Part shown: one piece after another, positions 28,674-37,773 of the stretch
Layout: every line of letters begins with the position of its first letter
How positions within the stretch are numbered: the first letter of the stretch is position 1
Sequence record: PP496438.1
Length of the DNA stretch: 64,000 nucleotides
Reading direction: 5' to 3' (one strand)
The notes under the pieces: generated by a model
Told to the model about the DNA's origin: nothing
The model's input: the letters and a program-made list of their open reading frames with translations, nothing else
Databases searched by the model: none
Program-made: the position numbers and the translations under genes

Positions 28674-29303
28674 TCAGATGTCCGCAATGATCTTCAGGAT
28701 GAACGAACGTGCTGCTTCGTTCAGTGTCTCGATACCCTCCAGTGCTTTCTTCTTGGCTGGCTTATACGGTGACAGACGTTGCTCGTCTACGTGTTCTATT
28801 GCACCGTCATAGTCGAAGTCGATGAACTCTGCTGACAGCAACCAATAGGCACACGCACGAGACGCAGCGAAGTGGAACTCCAAGAGTCCAGCAGGGTATT
28901 CTCTCATAACACCCTGACCCTCATCATCGTGAAGACAGTACAGAGTATTGTAATCTTTGGGGCCGCCGGTGGTGAACTGGAAGGTGCGTTCCCCGATGTC
29001 CATCTTTTCGAACTCGGCAAAATCTGCTTCGTTGAACGGCCAGTCAACGGCCTCGATGGATTGAACGACGCCACCTATAGTCCAAGTATAGGTTATTATT
29101 GGCGAGTCACCCATCTTATTTATGCTGCCCTTGGAAACGGTCAGGACAGATACGTCTGGGTGCTGCATGGTCAGGAACAGGTTGCCGGTTTGCACATGAG
29201 ACGGAACAAGTCCGATCTGCATGGCACGCTGATATTCGTGGCGGCAGTCCAACCTGATGTGCAGTTTCGGTTTGGGTTTGCGTACCGGGGCCTTAGGTGG
29301 CAT
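28674..29303 (-). CDS. hypothetical protein
   Basis: 209 aa, GAGGA RBS, own promoter region. Confidence 0.7.
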   Translation of the reverse strand: MPPKAPVRKPKPKLHIRLDCRHEYQRAMQIGLVPSHVQTGNLFLTMQHPDVSVLTVSKGSINKMGDSPIITYTWTIGGVVQSIEAVDWPFNEADFAEFEKMDIGERTFQFTTGGPKDYNTLYCLHDDEGQGVMREYPAGLLEFHFAASRACAYWLLSAEFIDFDYDGAIEHVDEQRLSPYKPAKKKALEGIETLNEAARSFILKIIADI

Positions 29304-29355
29304 GGTGTCTTCCTCGTTGGGTCAGTGGGCGGCGGCTTAGTGGCGCCGTGCTACC

Positions 29356-29384
29356 AGTATGGACTCATTTACCCAGTCTGTCAA
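29356..29384 (-). promoter_or_regulatory. sigma70-type promoter with embedded GGTAAATG motif
   Basis: On the minus strand: TTGACA-17 nt-CATACT; the spacer contains GGTAAATG (29366-29373). Confidence 0.6.
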
Positions 29385-29391
29385 GTCCAAC

Positions 29392-29424
29392 AAAAAGCCC
29401 ACCGCCGGTTAGGGTCAGTGGGCT
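29392..29424 (-). terminator. intrinsic terminator after RNase H
   Basis: On the minus strand: AGCCCAC...GTGGGCTTTTT. Confidence 0.65.
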
Positions 29425-29428
29425 CAGG

Positions 29429-30091
29429 TCAAAACAAACTGTTCTTCGGTACACGTTGCGTCAATGCCTGCAATTCATCAAACGTAAATTGGAACCACTC
29501 ATGATCTCCGGATACCAGACTATCCGTGGGCTTGGCCTTCTTAGCCTGCTTCAAGATCAGCTTTCGCTGTTCCCCGGCCAGCACATCTGCCCGTTCATTC
29601 CCTACGTTGCCTTTGTGACCACGCACCCATGACACCTTGGCATTGGTCTTCTCTTTCAACGCTTTGGCACATAACCATAGGTCGAAGTTGGCGACTGCCT
29701 CTCCATTAGCTTTGAGCCCACCTCGACGCATCCAGCCATCCAGATGATCAGTGAATCCCTTCTGCACGTATTGGCTGTCGGTTATCACCTGAACGGGTCG
29801 TGGCACTTGCCCGAAGATCTGTCGGTGCAGCATGTTGTAGCGGAAGGCGTCAGCCATGGCTGCAATAACACCTGACAGTTCCATGCGTGAGATCGTGGTG
29901 TCGTTGTATCCGGCGGCACGGTGACTGACCTCCAATACGTTAGTCAGGTCATTGAACTGTGCACGCAGTGGAGATAACACGGGGGCATTCAGGTCCACCA
30001 TGCGGACAGCAGCCCAACCGCCAATACGGTCTTTCGATCCACAAGACCCATCGGTGTAGTACGTCAACGGTATGTTCTTCTTGCCACGCAT
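29429..30091 (-). CDS. rnhA: ribonuclease HI
   Basis: YTDGSC, TISRMEL, TDSQYV and WVRGHKGNVGNERADVLA motifs. Confidence 0.92.
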   Translation of the reverse strand: MRGKKNIPLTYYTDGSCGSKDRIGGWAAVRMVDLNAPVLSPLRAQFNDLTNVLEVSHRAAGYNDTTISRMELSGVIAAMADAFRYNMLHRQIFGQVPRPVQVITDSQYVQKGFTDHLDGWMRRGGLKANGEAVANFDLWLCAKALKEKTNAKVSWVRGHKGNVGNERADVLAGEQRKLILKQAKKAKPTDSLVSGDHEWFQFTFDELQALTQRVPKNSLF

Positions 30092-30100
30092 GGTAGGACC

Positions 30101-30835
30101 TTACTTGGTGATTATCTTGTAGGTGAACAGTGCATCGGACAAGATGCGATGAACCCCGTCGGCTTTGTTTACGAACAGGTCAGCGATAGCTTCCGCATTG
30201 AGTGCCGGGTCGATCTGCCGAACGGCGCCATCACCCATCACGTAGCCTTGATCCTGATCGCGGGTGCGTTCCTTGTCTTTCAGGATAGACAGGTGGATCA
30301 CGCTACCGTAACGGAACATGATCTGTGCACGTCCGTGCGCGGTGCTCTGGATACGATCAACGCTGTCCACTACCACCTGACCGTACGTCTGTGCGGCTTC
30401 CATAACGTGAGCAATCATCGGAGACGCATAACCGGGAGTGCACGCGTAACTAGAGCACTTCTGACCCAAGGTATGTTTCAGTGGATTGAACAACTGGAAG
30501 GCGGGCAAAGTCTTACCCATCGAATGTAGGCCGTTGTGAACATCAGTCTTGTCCGCCATCACGTGCCAGTTGCGCAGGAAGATCTGGCTACTGGAATGGA
30601 CAAGATACGGGAGTCGCATCAGATCCTCCATCCGGTCCACGAACAAGTGAACGTCGATGATGAACTTGTTCTCCACCTTAGTCCACCGACCGGGATTGGT
30701 ACGCTCGATCTCGAGGAACCCGGTTAGGGTCAGGGCCTCTAGAATTACACCCTTGGCAAGCAGTGCGTCCCGGTCGGTCAGGTTGAACAGGGATTCGGAA
30801 TGATCCCGGTCGGTGATTAAGGTAATGTAATTCAT
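30101..30835 (-). CDS. hypothetical protein
   Basis: 244-aa ORF in the operon. Confidence 0.7.
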   Translation of the reverse strand: MNYITLITDRDHSESLFNLTDRDALLAKGVILEALTLTGFLEIERTNPGRWTKVENKFIIDVHLFVDRMEDLMRLPYLVHSSSQIFLRNWHVMADKTDVHNGLHSMGKTLPAFQLFNPLKHTLGQKCSSYACTPGYASPMIAHVMEAAQTYGQVVVDSVDRIQSTAHGRAQIMFRYGSVIHLSILKDKERTRDQDQGYVMGDGAVRQIDPALNAEAIADLFVNKADGVHRILSDALFTYKIITK

Positions 30836-30853
30836 GGTAGGGTACCTGGGTGC

Positions 30854-31162
30854 TTACAACTTCTGAGGACTGACGGTGACAACGCGGATGTCGGCGACGC
30901 CCGCACTGATCTGTAGTTCGACTTTGATGAACAGGCTCTTGTCCTCGTTGGTGTAGTAATACACCGCGTTGGTACGCTTGAGGAAGAACTTTCCTTTGTT
31001 CTCACTGCGGTACACAGTGAAGTCTTCCATGTTGTCTTTCTTGAACGTGGTGAAGATCAGTTCACTGGTGATCTTGGCGACGGCTTTGGTGCCGAGGTCA
31101 TCCAAGTCCCACTTTATCCCTACACCGGTGGACTGTTGCACGAAGCTCGCGAGGGTAGTCAT
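30854..31162 (-). CDS. hypothetical protein
   Basis: 102 aa, ATGA-coupled. Confidence 0.65.
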   Translation of the reverse strand: MTTLASFVQQSTGVGIKWDLDDLGTKAVAKITSELIFTTFKKDNMEDFTVYRSENKGKFFLKRTNAVYYYTNEDKSLFIKVELQISAGVADIRVVTVSPQKL

Positions 31163-31635
31163 TTGGTCTCCAACACCCGAATGAAGTCGAGTGGATCTTT
31201 AATGATGGGGAAGAAGCAGTGTATTACCTTTTCTAATCCGGTCTGTGACGGGTGAGGATCATGGATAATCTTGCCGTCGTACATCACGACCATGTGCTGG
31301 CATCCACGCTTCGACGGCCCACCGGCTAGGTACAACGTAGGGAGTGCCAGATGAGTATCCCGCTGGGACAGGTGCATGCCACGGGATTCAAATGCCTCCT
31401 CCAAGTTGCACCAGAACGAATAGGAGCGTTCATCCTCGGCCACCGTTGTATCATCTACACTCGGGTAGAACTTACCTATCTGTTCCAGTGACAGACCGAA
31501 CAAAGTAGCCACACAGGCCTCTGTGCAGTTACCCGAACCGGGACTACTGGAATCGAAGAGGGTAGTCTGATTGACCCGGCGGGCCATGGGCAGCAAAGCC
31601 ACCGCGTCTTCCTTGCAATAGAAATCTACGCTCAT
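31159..31635 (-). CDS. putative papain-like (C39-type) peptidase-fold protein
   Basis: QTTL...GNCTEACVA...HMVVMYDGKIIHDPHP gives Q/C/H/D residues; start corrected by ATGA coupling. Confidence 0.5.
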   Translation of the reverse strand: MSVDFYCKEDAVALLPMARRVNQTTLFDSSSPGSGNCTEACVATLFGLSLEQIGKFYPSVDDTTVAEDERSYSFWCNLEEAFESRGMHLSQRDTHLALPTLYLAGGPSKRGCQHMVVMYDGKIIHDPHPSQTGLEKVIHCFFPIIKDPLDFIRVLETK

Positions 31636-31784
31636 CGCACCAACATCCATAGGCAGGTTGAAAAGCTGAATGTATCCCGGCAGTCAGACCACGTGAAGTA
31701 TTCCCAGGTGAAAGCTGCAATGATGATTGCGGCGATTGCGAGTAACCCCAGATTAGTAGTTAGCGCTGTATCCTTCTTACTCAT
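31632..31784 (-). CDS. small membrane protein (50 aa; below the track cutoff)
   Basis: MSKKDTALTTNLGLLAIAAIIIAAFTWEYFTWSDCRDTFSFSTCLWMLVR; overlaps both neighbours at start and stop. Confidence 0.6.
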   Translation of the reverse strand: MSKKDTALTTNLGLLAIAAIIIAAFTWEYFTWSDCRDTFSFSTCLWMLVR

Positions 31785-31971
31785 GGTTGCCTCCCGCGTT
31801 GGCCGCGTCCAGAATGCGGCGGGCGAAACCTTTGCGCTCTGCCATGCGCTTCATAGCTTTGCCGATGGCACGACCGAACAGGGTTAATCCAATACGGCTA
31901 CGCATCTCTGCCCGTAGCCGGGGTGTGGCACGCTGTGGAATCTTCAAACCCCACCGATCTACCTTAGTCAT
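31777..31971 (-). CDS. small basic hypothetical protein
   Basis: 64 aa, GGAG RBS. Confidence 0.55.
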   Translation of the reverse strand: MTKVDRWGLKIPQRATPRLRAEMRSRIGLTLFGRAIGKAMKRMAERKGFARRILDAANAGGNHE

Positions 31972-32186
31972 GACTTATCTCCAGTCAGGGGTGTGACTCC
32001 CAGGTAATTGCCGATGCGCGGAATGAACAATGGGCAGGCAGTTACACAGACCCAAGCAACGGACATGGGGAACACTACCCCTTGCAACATCGACCAGCCA
32101 CATGCAAACAGGATGATCAGACTAAGTACTGCGTAGTACGCGGACCAGATGATCAACCACCAAGCCTTACGGGACACGTTCTTCAT
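31968..32186 (-). CDS. small membrane protein (72 aa)
   Basis: ATGA-coupled to the helicase stop; two hydrophobic segments. Confidence 0.6.
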   Translation of the reverse strand: MKNVSRKAWWLIIWSAYYAVLSLIILFACGWSMLQGVVFPMSVAWVCVTACPLFIPRIGNYLGVTPLTGDKS

Positions 32187-33790
32187 TTGTTCCACTCCTT
32201 GCGAGCCTTTAGCTGGGCTTCGGTAGGGGCCACCCGGAATCGTGTGTTCTGGGGCGACAAGTTCTTGAGCAGTGTGGTGGTCACACATTCGTGCGGCGTG
32301 ATATGCAGCAGCAGGTCACTGGCTCGGGTATACGACACGTATTGAACGTGGGGCAGCTGGCCGTCTTCACAGTCGAACCAGTCGTCGATCACCGCGACTC
32401 GTTCACTCTCCATCCCCTTCGCACCCCATGAGGTGTTAAGTTCCACACCTTTGCCGTGGTCATTGGCAATGATCTTGGTGATGAACGTCTTCACTTCGGC
32501 AGCGCTACCAAGGTCCCAGTTGGTGACGATGTACAACGCAGCGTCTGCGGCATCCTTGATCAGTGGTTCCTTTGCCTCCTTACGCAAATCATCCAACGCC
32601 TTAACGAAGTCAAGAGTGGACTTGCGACCACAACGCATGGCGACACCAATCACCTGCTCAAGCACTTTGGCTTTCTTGAAGGTAACCTCCAGTCCGCGAT
32701 CCATGTACTCCAGCGCGATGCGGATCAGATGCTTGTTGCGGGCGCTGACCACACGCTGCACGTCGAACTTGATCATGCTCTTGATGCGGTACGGGTCCTT
32801 CTTGGTGTGCGCCGTCAGCATCTTGACTTGCCCACCCTCGGCGAAGGCTTCAAGCGGCACATCGGGGAATCGACCCTTGACGAACTCGACGATCTTCGAT
32901 TTGGACCGGTACGTGGTGGTAGACGGCAATCTCTTAGCGTTGAACTCCTTGAACATGTCAGCCATGCCCGCGCTCAACCCACCTCGGAACGCATAGATGG
33001 CCTGCCATGGATCACCGACGAAGACGAACAACATGCCCGGCTTCAACCGGCGGAACAGGCGAAGCGTGTCGTGCTGCACAAGGTTGAAGTCTTGGAACTC
33101 ATCGACGAACAACACGTCCGGCAGGATCTTCGCCAGCGTGGCGTACTGCGTGCGGATAAAGCTGTTGGCCAGAACCATGCGGCTCATGTCGTTGAAGTCT
33201 ACCGACGACGTGGTCTCATCACTGGCTTCCAGCGCCTCACATATTTCAGGAAGCAGTGGCACCACCTTCTCATGGGGAATCAAGAAGCGGTACTTGCCGG
33301 TGATCAGTTCCTTGATCTGCTTGGGGTCGCTGTAGGGAATGCCCAATTCACGGATACGCTCTCCGTGCCAGCGGATGTCCTTGTTCACACGAGGCCCGTC
33401 TTGGGGGAACAGTGCGTCCACCACCTGGAACCACTTGTCGAACATGATCGGTACGGCCTTGGCACCCGTCAACGTCTTGAACAACTCCAGCCCGTAGCTG
33501 TGCATGGTGGAACTGGAGACCGCCCGATCCTTAATACGCCGATCGAACACCTTGGCGTTGTCCGTGTTGAACACGATGGCGCGCATGGTCAGCTTCGGGC
33601 ACTCTTTACGAATGCGGCGGATAGTCTCGATGATCAGGGTGGTCTTACCCGATCCGGCACCGGCGTCGATGCCCACTGCGTCTTGTGGCTTGCCGGTGTA
33701 CAAGTCTTTAGGCATCGACTTGGCTTTCTTCAAGATCTCGTTGAAGATGTCATTCTGTTGCTTGGACCAAACTCTTTCAGTAGTGGACAT
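32183..33790 (-). CDS. UvrD/Rep-like superfamily 1 helicase
   Basis: GAGSGKTT, VDEFQD, VGDPWQAIYAFRG, TYRS and KGMES motifs. Confidence 0.9.
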   Translation of the reverse strand: MSTTERVWSKQQNDIFNEILKKAKSMPKDLYTGKPQDAVGIDAGAGSGKTTLIIETIRRIRKECPKLTMRAIVFNTDNAKVFDRRIKDRAVSSSTMHSYGLELFKTLTGAKAVPIMFDKWFQVVDALFPQDGPRVNKDIRWHGERIRELGIPYSDPKQIKELITGKYRFLIPHEKVVPLLPEICEALEASDETTSSVDFNDMSRMVLANSFIRTQYATLAKILPDVLFVDEFQDFNLVQHDTLRLFRRLKPGMLFVFVGDPWQAIYAFRGGLSAGMADMFKEFNAKRLPSTTTYRSKSKIVEFVKGRFPDVPLEAFAEGGQVKMLTAHTKKDPYRIKSMIKFDVQRVVSARNKHLIRIALEYMDRGLEVTFKKAKVLEQVIGVAMRCGRKSTLDFVKALDDLRKEAKEPLIKDAADAALYIVTNWDLGSAAEVKTFITKIIANDHGKGVELNTSWGAKGMESERVAVIDDWFDCEDGQLPHVQYVSYTRASDLLLHITPHECVTTTLLKNLSPQNTRFRVAPTEAQLKARKEWNK

Positions 33791-33821
33791 GGGTTTACCT
33801 TAACGCTTCACGGTTTCCATC

Positions 33822-33855
33822 CATTTACACGAGGCCTATGCGCGTGGGGTAAATG
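33822..33855. promoter_or_regulatory. divergent pair of KGTAAATG motifs
   Basis: CATTTACA at 33822-33829 (minus) and GGTAAATG at 33848-33855 (plus) between divergent genes. Confidence 0.55.
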
Positions 33856-33917
33856 AGCGTATAGCAATCGAATACGTGGAATTAGCCCTTAACGGCGTCC
33901 CCACTAGCGGAGAACAC

Positions 33918-35396
33918 ATGAAATCTGTAGCCGTTGACTACCAAAAGATAGCCAAGGAATGCCAGTGTACCGAGCTGCCTTCTAAGGTAAGAGTTACGCG
34001 TGCACGGGTCTATCCAAACTTGAGGACGTGCCTACTCTTCCTCAAGTACGATGCCAAAGGCGATCTGGTGCAAGCCGAGATCACTGCGCCGTACGACACT
34101 TCCACCGAGCCAAAGGTGCGTGTGCTCAAGCACCCGGACAAGAAGTCCGACTTCCTTTCATTATATAGAGCGCTGATCCGCCATCAGATCATACCCGAGT
34201 CTATTCCGAAGAAAGGTAACGGGATTGCACCGACGCTGGAGGTAATCGGCACACTGGTGAGCCTGCTGCCGGAACGGGATGTCGAAACCTTCCGAACCCT
34301 GACCCCGGCCATCCAGACTGGCAGCGTCATGTACGTCCCTCTGGTTACGTCCCGGCCAATGCCCATGGTGCAACACTGGATACCCGTTGACCAGCATTCA
34401 GAGCTGGGCATGATCGAGCTGGTCGATACGGATAGCAAGCCTTTCCTTAATCAGTGGGTCAACAGGTTGAGCAACACCGCCACCGGTTATGTGATCTACA
34501 CCCCGGAAGGCTCACACGGTCAGGAACTCGCCTGCTTCCGTGTGCCCAATGTGCAAGGAGAGGAACTGTGCGTGGTCAAGAAGGTGGACTTCACCCTTAC
34601 CGTTGCTCGCACCCTCAAGCCGGTACTGACCGTCTCCACCAAGAGTACGCGTGCCGTATCCCGCATTCCCCTACCCCACTATCTGATGCTGCGCAATCAC
34701 CACATCAAGGTGGGCACGGTTATTTCCCTGCGGCGTAACGACCGAGGTGGGTTGGTGTACCATGAGACGGTGGCAGAGGAAGGGATGACACCTCTGCCAC
34801 TGTGCCCACATTGCCATAGTGGATCTGTGCTGCGAAGTAGTAGCAATGACGTGTACTGCAATAACGATTCATGCCGAGGCCTAGCCATCGTGCGACTTCG
34901 CTACATCTTGAACAACAAGCTGGACGTCAAGTACCTGAGTCAGAACAAGGTGACGGCGTTGGTCAACGACAAGCAGGACCTGTTCAGCTTGCTCAAGACA
35001 CCGACTCACCTATTGCGGCACAGAGCGGGCTTCGGTGCACGTACGGTGGATGCGCTGGAAGAGAAGCTGAACACTATCGCCGGTCTTCCACTGCACACGC
35101 TGGCCGAGATGTCCTGCGCTTTCTACAACGTGGGTGTGCCCCCGCTGGATGAGATGGTGTTCAAGAAGATCTTTTCCGTGATGTCGCTTGACCACCTGAA
35201 AGCACTGCCCTCCACCGGTAAGATGTACAGCCAGTTGCTCGACATCGAAGGTATCCGCAACAACCGCGCAGTGGCTTTCCTCGCTGGTTGGCCTGCATTT
35301 CAACAGTGGATGATAGATCTTAACGCTGCCCTACAGTCTCGTAGCGCAATCTCCTCCACGGTAAATAACCCGAAACAAATTCGAGGTGTTAAATGA
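33918..35396 (+). CDS. degenerate NAD-ligase-like protein (OB, zinc finger, HhH; no catalytic KxDG)
   Basis: ACFRVP...VKKVDFTLTVARTLKPVL...VSRIPL...IKVGTVISLRR, CPHC...YCNNDSC and GFGARTVDAL follow the LigA C-terminal order; GGAG RBS before ATG 33918. Confidence 0.7.
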   Translation: MKSVAVDYQKIAKECQCTELPSKVRVTRARVYPNLRTCLLFLKYDAKGDLVQAEITAPYDTSTEPKVRVLKHPDKKSDFLSLYRALIRHQIIPESIPKKGNGIAPTLEVIGTLVSLLPERDVETFRTLTPAIQTGSVMYVPLVTSRPMPMVQHWIPVDQHSELGMIELVDTDSKPFLNQWVNRLSNTATGYVIYTPEGSHGQELACFRVPNVQGEELCVVKKVDFTLTVARTLKPVLTVSTKSTRAVSRIPLPHYLMLRNHHIKVGTVISLRRNDRGGLVYHETVAEEGMTPLPLCPHCHSGSVLRSSSNDVYCNNDSCRGLAIVRLRYILNNKLDVKYLSQNKVTALVNDKQDLFSLLKTPTHLLRHRAGFGARTVDALEEKLNTIAGLPLHTLAEMSCAFYNVGVPPLDEMVFKKIFSVMSLDHLKALPSTGKMYSQLLDIEGIRNNRAVAFLAGWPAFQQWMIDLNAALQSRSAISSTVNNPKQIRGVK

Positions 35397-36157
35397 ACAA
35401 TCAAAACAGAACTCGTATCGCTGTGCTTGTCGGCGGCGGTCTGGACTCACATGCGTACATGGTGTTGAAAGCCGACCAGCCTCAGACAGACTTCATTCAT
35501 GTGGACTACGGCCAGCGGGTTGCAGTAGCCGAGAGAAACGCCGTGTTGCAAATGGCTGAGAAGCTGGGCATTGCCCGCAGCCGGGTGTACACGCTGATCT
35601 GCAACAAGAAGAATCACATGCGCAAGGTCAATGACGGTGTGGGTGTGTTGTTTGGCACCGGCCCGGTCGAGATGGACAATGCGTTTGTTAAGGGGCGTAA
35701 CCTGTTCCTGATTCAGAAGGCCATCGAGCTGGGCTACGGTCACGTGCACCTGACGCTGACCCAAGAGCGTGGCCGGATGTTCCCCGATGCCGATCTGGCA
35801 TTCGTCCAGCTGGTGGACAACCTGATGCACCGCAGTTATGACGTGAGGGTGTCCGCACCCTACATCATGGAAGACAAACACCGGGTGATGTTCAAGGCGT
35901 ATCGGCACTGTCCCGAGTTCATCGATATGTCTTTCACGTGCTGGGTAGGTCCTTATGTGGAATGCGGAACGTGCCCGCACTGCTACAAGAAGGAAAAGAT
36001 TCGAGCCGAGATGATCGTTGAGAAGATTGAATACGATCTCAGCAAGGATGAACGTGAGGCGCAGTGGGAGCAAGTCAAGGCAGGCTACGGCGACGCGTTG
36101 AAGCCCGCTGAGACCATCAACATGAACATTCAGGTTGTTGACGGGGAAATGAAATGA
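35393..36157 (+). CDS. queC: QueC-like PP-loop ATPase (paralog 1)
   Basis: GGGLDS, DYGQR, KGRNL, FPDA and SFTCW...CGTCPHC zinc motif. Confidence 0.85.
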   Translation: MNNQNRTRIAVLVGGGLDSHAYMVLKADQPQTDFIHVDYGQRVAVAERNAVLQMAEKLGIARSRVYTLICNKKNHMRKVNDGVGVLFGTGPVEMDNAFVKGRNLFLIQKAIELGYGHVHLTLTQERGRMFPDADLAFVQLVDNLMHRSYDVRVSAPYIMEDKHRVMFKAYRHCPEFIDMSFTCWVGPYVECGTCPHCYKKEKIRAEMIVEKIEYDLSKDEREAQWEQVKAGYGDALKPAETINMNIQVVDGEMK

Positions 36158-36915
36158 ACAAGTTCTTAGGTTGGTTCAAGCGTCTGCTGGGTAAGGAGCA
36201 AAAGGCGGTAACGATGACAATGACCGACGCCAGTGGCAAGTTGGTCACCATTCATATACCTAAAGGTGCTGGGGTTGAGTACACCTTGTCGAAGTCGGGT
36301 GCCCACTTGAACGTCTCGGTCAAGGACGACATCTTCGTATTGAGCACGAACGGTGCTGGAGGCGGTGGGGGTGGCCGCGGTAGATCCAAACCTGGTGGCC
36401 CCGTCCATCCGCCCGTGCATCCGCGCCAAACCGTCCCAGTGGGTCCAGGCGCCCCGAACATGGGTTGCGCTGGGGACGCACCGAGTGGAGCAGGTGTAAC
36501 GTCGCCAGTGGGCGCTCAAGCTTCGTTCCCTATCGGTGCCCGAGCCACTGTTTCTGGTGGTGGCCGCGTTGGTGGTCTGGCGGGTGACGGACGGGAACAC
36601 AGAGAACTCGGAGGTGCACCCGGTCCCGGCGGAGATAGCTTCGTGCCCTCTCCAATCCGTAGTAGTGACCGAGCCTATCGCATCCGCGGTCTGTACTACG
36701 TCATTACGACTCGAAAGCTTACAGGTGAGGAGTACCCGACCCACGAACTTCTGCACTGGGGCCTTCGAGACATAGAACTCATGGGCAAGTTCTCAACGGT
36801 CCGTGAAGCTATCGACGAACTCAAGAGTAAGCTGGGTATCGTGTTAGACGATATTACGGACTATCAGGTTGACTCCATTCCCAAACGAATGTGCAAACCA
36901 CCGCACAAATCTTGA
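36154..36915 (+). CDS. Gly/Pro-rich hypothetical protein
   Basis: 253 aa, ATGA-coupled to QueC-1; GGGGGGRGRS run and a G/P-rich middle. Confidence 0.65.
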   Translation: MNKFLGWFKRLLGKEQKAVTMTMTDASGKLVTIHIPKGAGVEYTLSKSGAHLNVSVKDDIFVLSTNGAGGGGGGRGRSKPGGPVHPPVHPRQTVPVGPGAPNMGCAGDAPSGAGVTSPVGAQASFPIGARATVSGGGRVGGLAGDGREHRELGGAPGPGGDSFVPSPIRSSDRAYRIRGLYYVITTRKLTGEEYPTHELLHWGLRDIELMGKFSTVREAIDELKSKLGIVLDDITDYQVDSIPKRMCKPPHKS

Positions 36916-36918
36916 GCG

Positions 36919-36926
36919 GGTAAATG
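36919..36926 (+). promoter_or_regulatory. candidate phage promoter GGTAAATG
   Basis: Intergenic, 28 nt before QueC-2. Confidence 0.5.
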
Positions 36927-36953
36927 GCTCGCAACTAATCCGGAGACACTAGC

Positions 36954-37772
36954 ATGACCACTACACCCCCTAAGATTATCGTCGCATTCAGCGCTGGCAC
37001 AGATTCAACCACAGCGGCCTATTACTATCGCAAGCTCGGGTATCAGGTTACGCTGGCTGTCTTCGATGATGGCCCCTGCAACGATCCAAAGGATCCTCTG
37101 TACGATCCTAACAAGCCGGAAGATCTTACCAATTTCTCCGACGAGTTCTACGATTACGTACGAATCCATCAAGAACACACTGAGGGTCACCTGCAGTTCG
37201 ACTTTGTGGAGATCCGTTACCCACAGCTCCCGTTGTTGGAAGCCAACAAGACGGCTAAACCTGGTCGGGACAACGCGGCGGCAGCCGAAGCTGACGGCTT
37301 GGGGTTCTGGGTAGGCTTCAAAGGCCTGATGGCGATGATGCTGATGAGCCACGGCGCGGCCAACGGTTACGAGGCTGTAGTCTTCGGCCACATGCCGTAC
37401 AACAACCATTACGAAGATGAGCTGCCGCAGAACTTCGAGCTGCTGCGCCAGTACATGGTTACGGCCTATGGTAGCCGGGTGACTATTCCTCAGGTCTATC
37501 ACCCGTTCTACCGACCCAACTTTGATACCAAAGAAAAGGTTATCCAGCTGGCGTTGAACATCGGTGTGCCACTGGGAGATACTTATTCGTGCCGCCGAGG
37601 TGAAGCGGAAACCCGAGGCGTCCTCCTGCCACTTCTGCGCGGCGGTAAATCCAACTACGTGATGCCCACCTACCGCTGGAAGCATTGCGGAACGTGTGAG
37701 AACTGTGTAGAACGCAAGCGAGCTTTCGCCGCGCTGGGCATGAAAGACCCAGCCCCTTATATGGAACATTGA
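36954..37772 (+). CDS. QueC-like PP-loop ATPase (paralog 2)
   Basis: AFSAGTDS, TKEKVIQLALNIGVPLGDTYSC and CGTCENCVERKRAF. Confidence 0.85.
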   Translation: MTTTPPKIIVAFSAGTDSTTAAYYYRKLGYQVTLAVFDDGPCNDPKDPLYDPNKPEDLTNFSDEFYDYVRIHQEHTEGHLQFDFVEIRYPQLPLLEANKTAKPGRDNAAAAEADGLGFWVGFKGLMAMMLMSHGAANGYEAVVFGHMPYNNHYEDELPQNFELLRQYMVTAYGSRVTIPQVYHPFYRPNFDTKEKVIQLALNIGVPLGDTYSCRRGEAETRGVLLPLLRGGKSNYVMPTYRWKHCGTCENCVERKRAFAALGMKDPAPYMEH

Positions 37773-37773
37773 T

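Noticed and set aside
35393-37772. Canonical 7-deazaguanine (dpd) DNA modification locus
   Set aside because: I recognised no dpdA/TGT, folE, queD or queE in the window; the call cannot be made without the rest of the genome.
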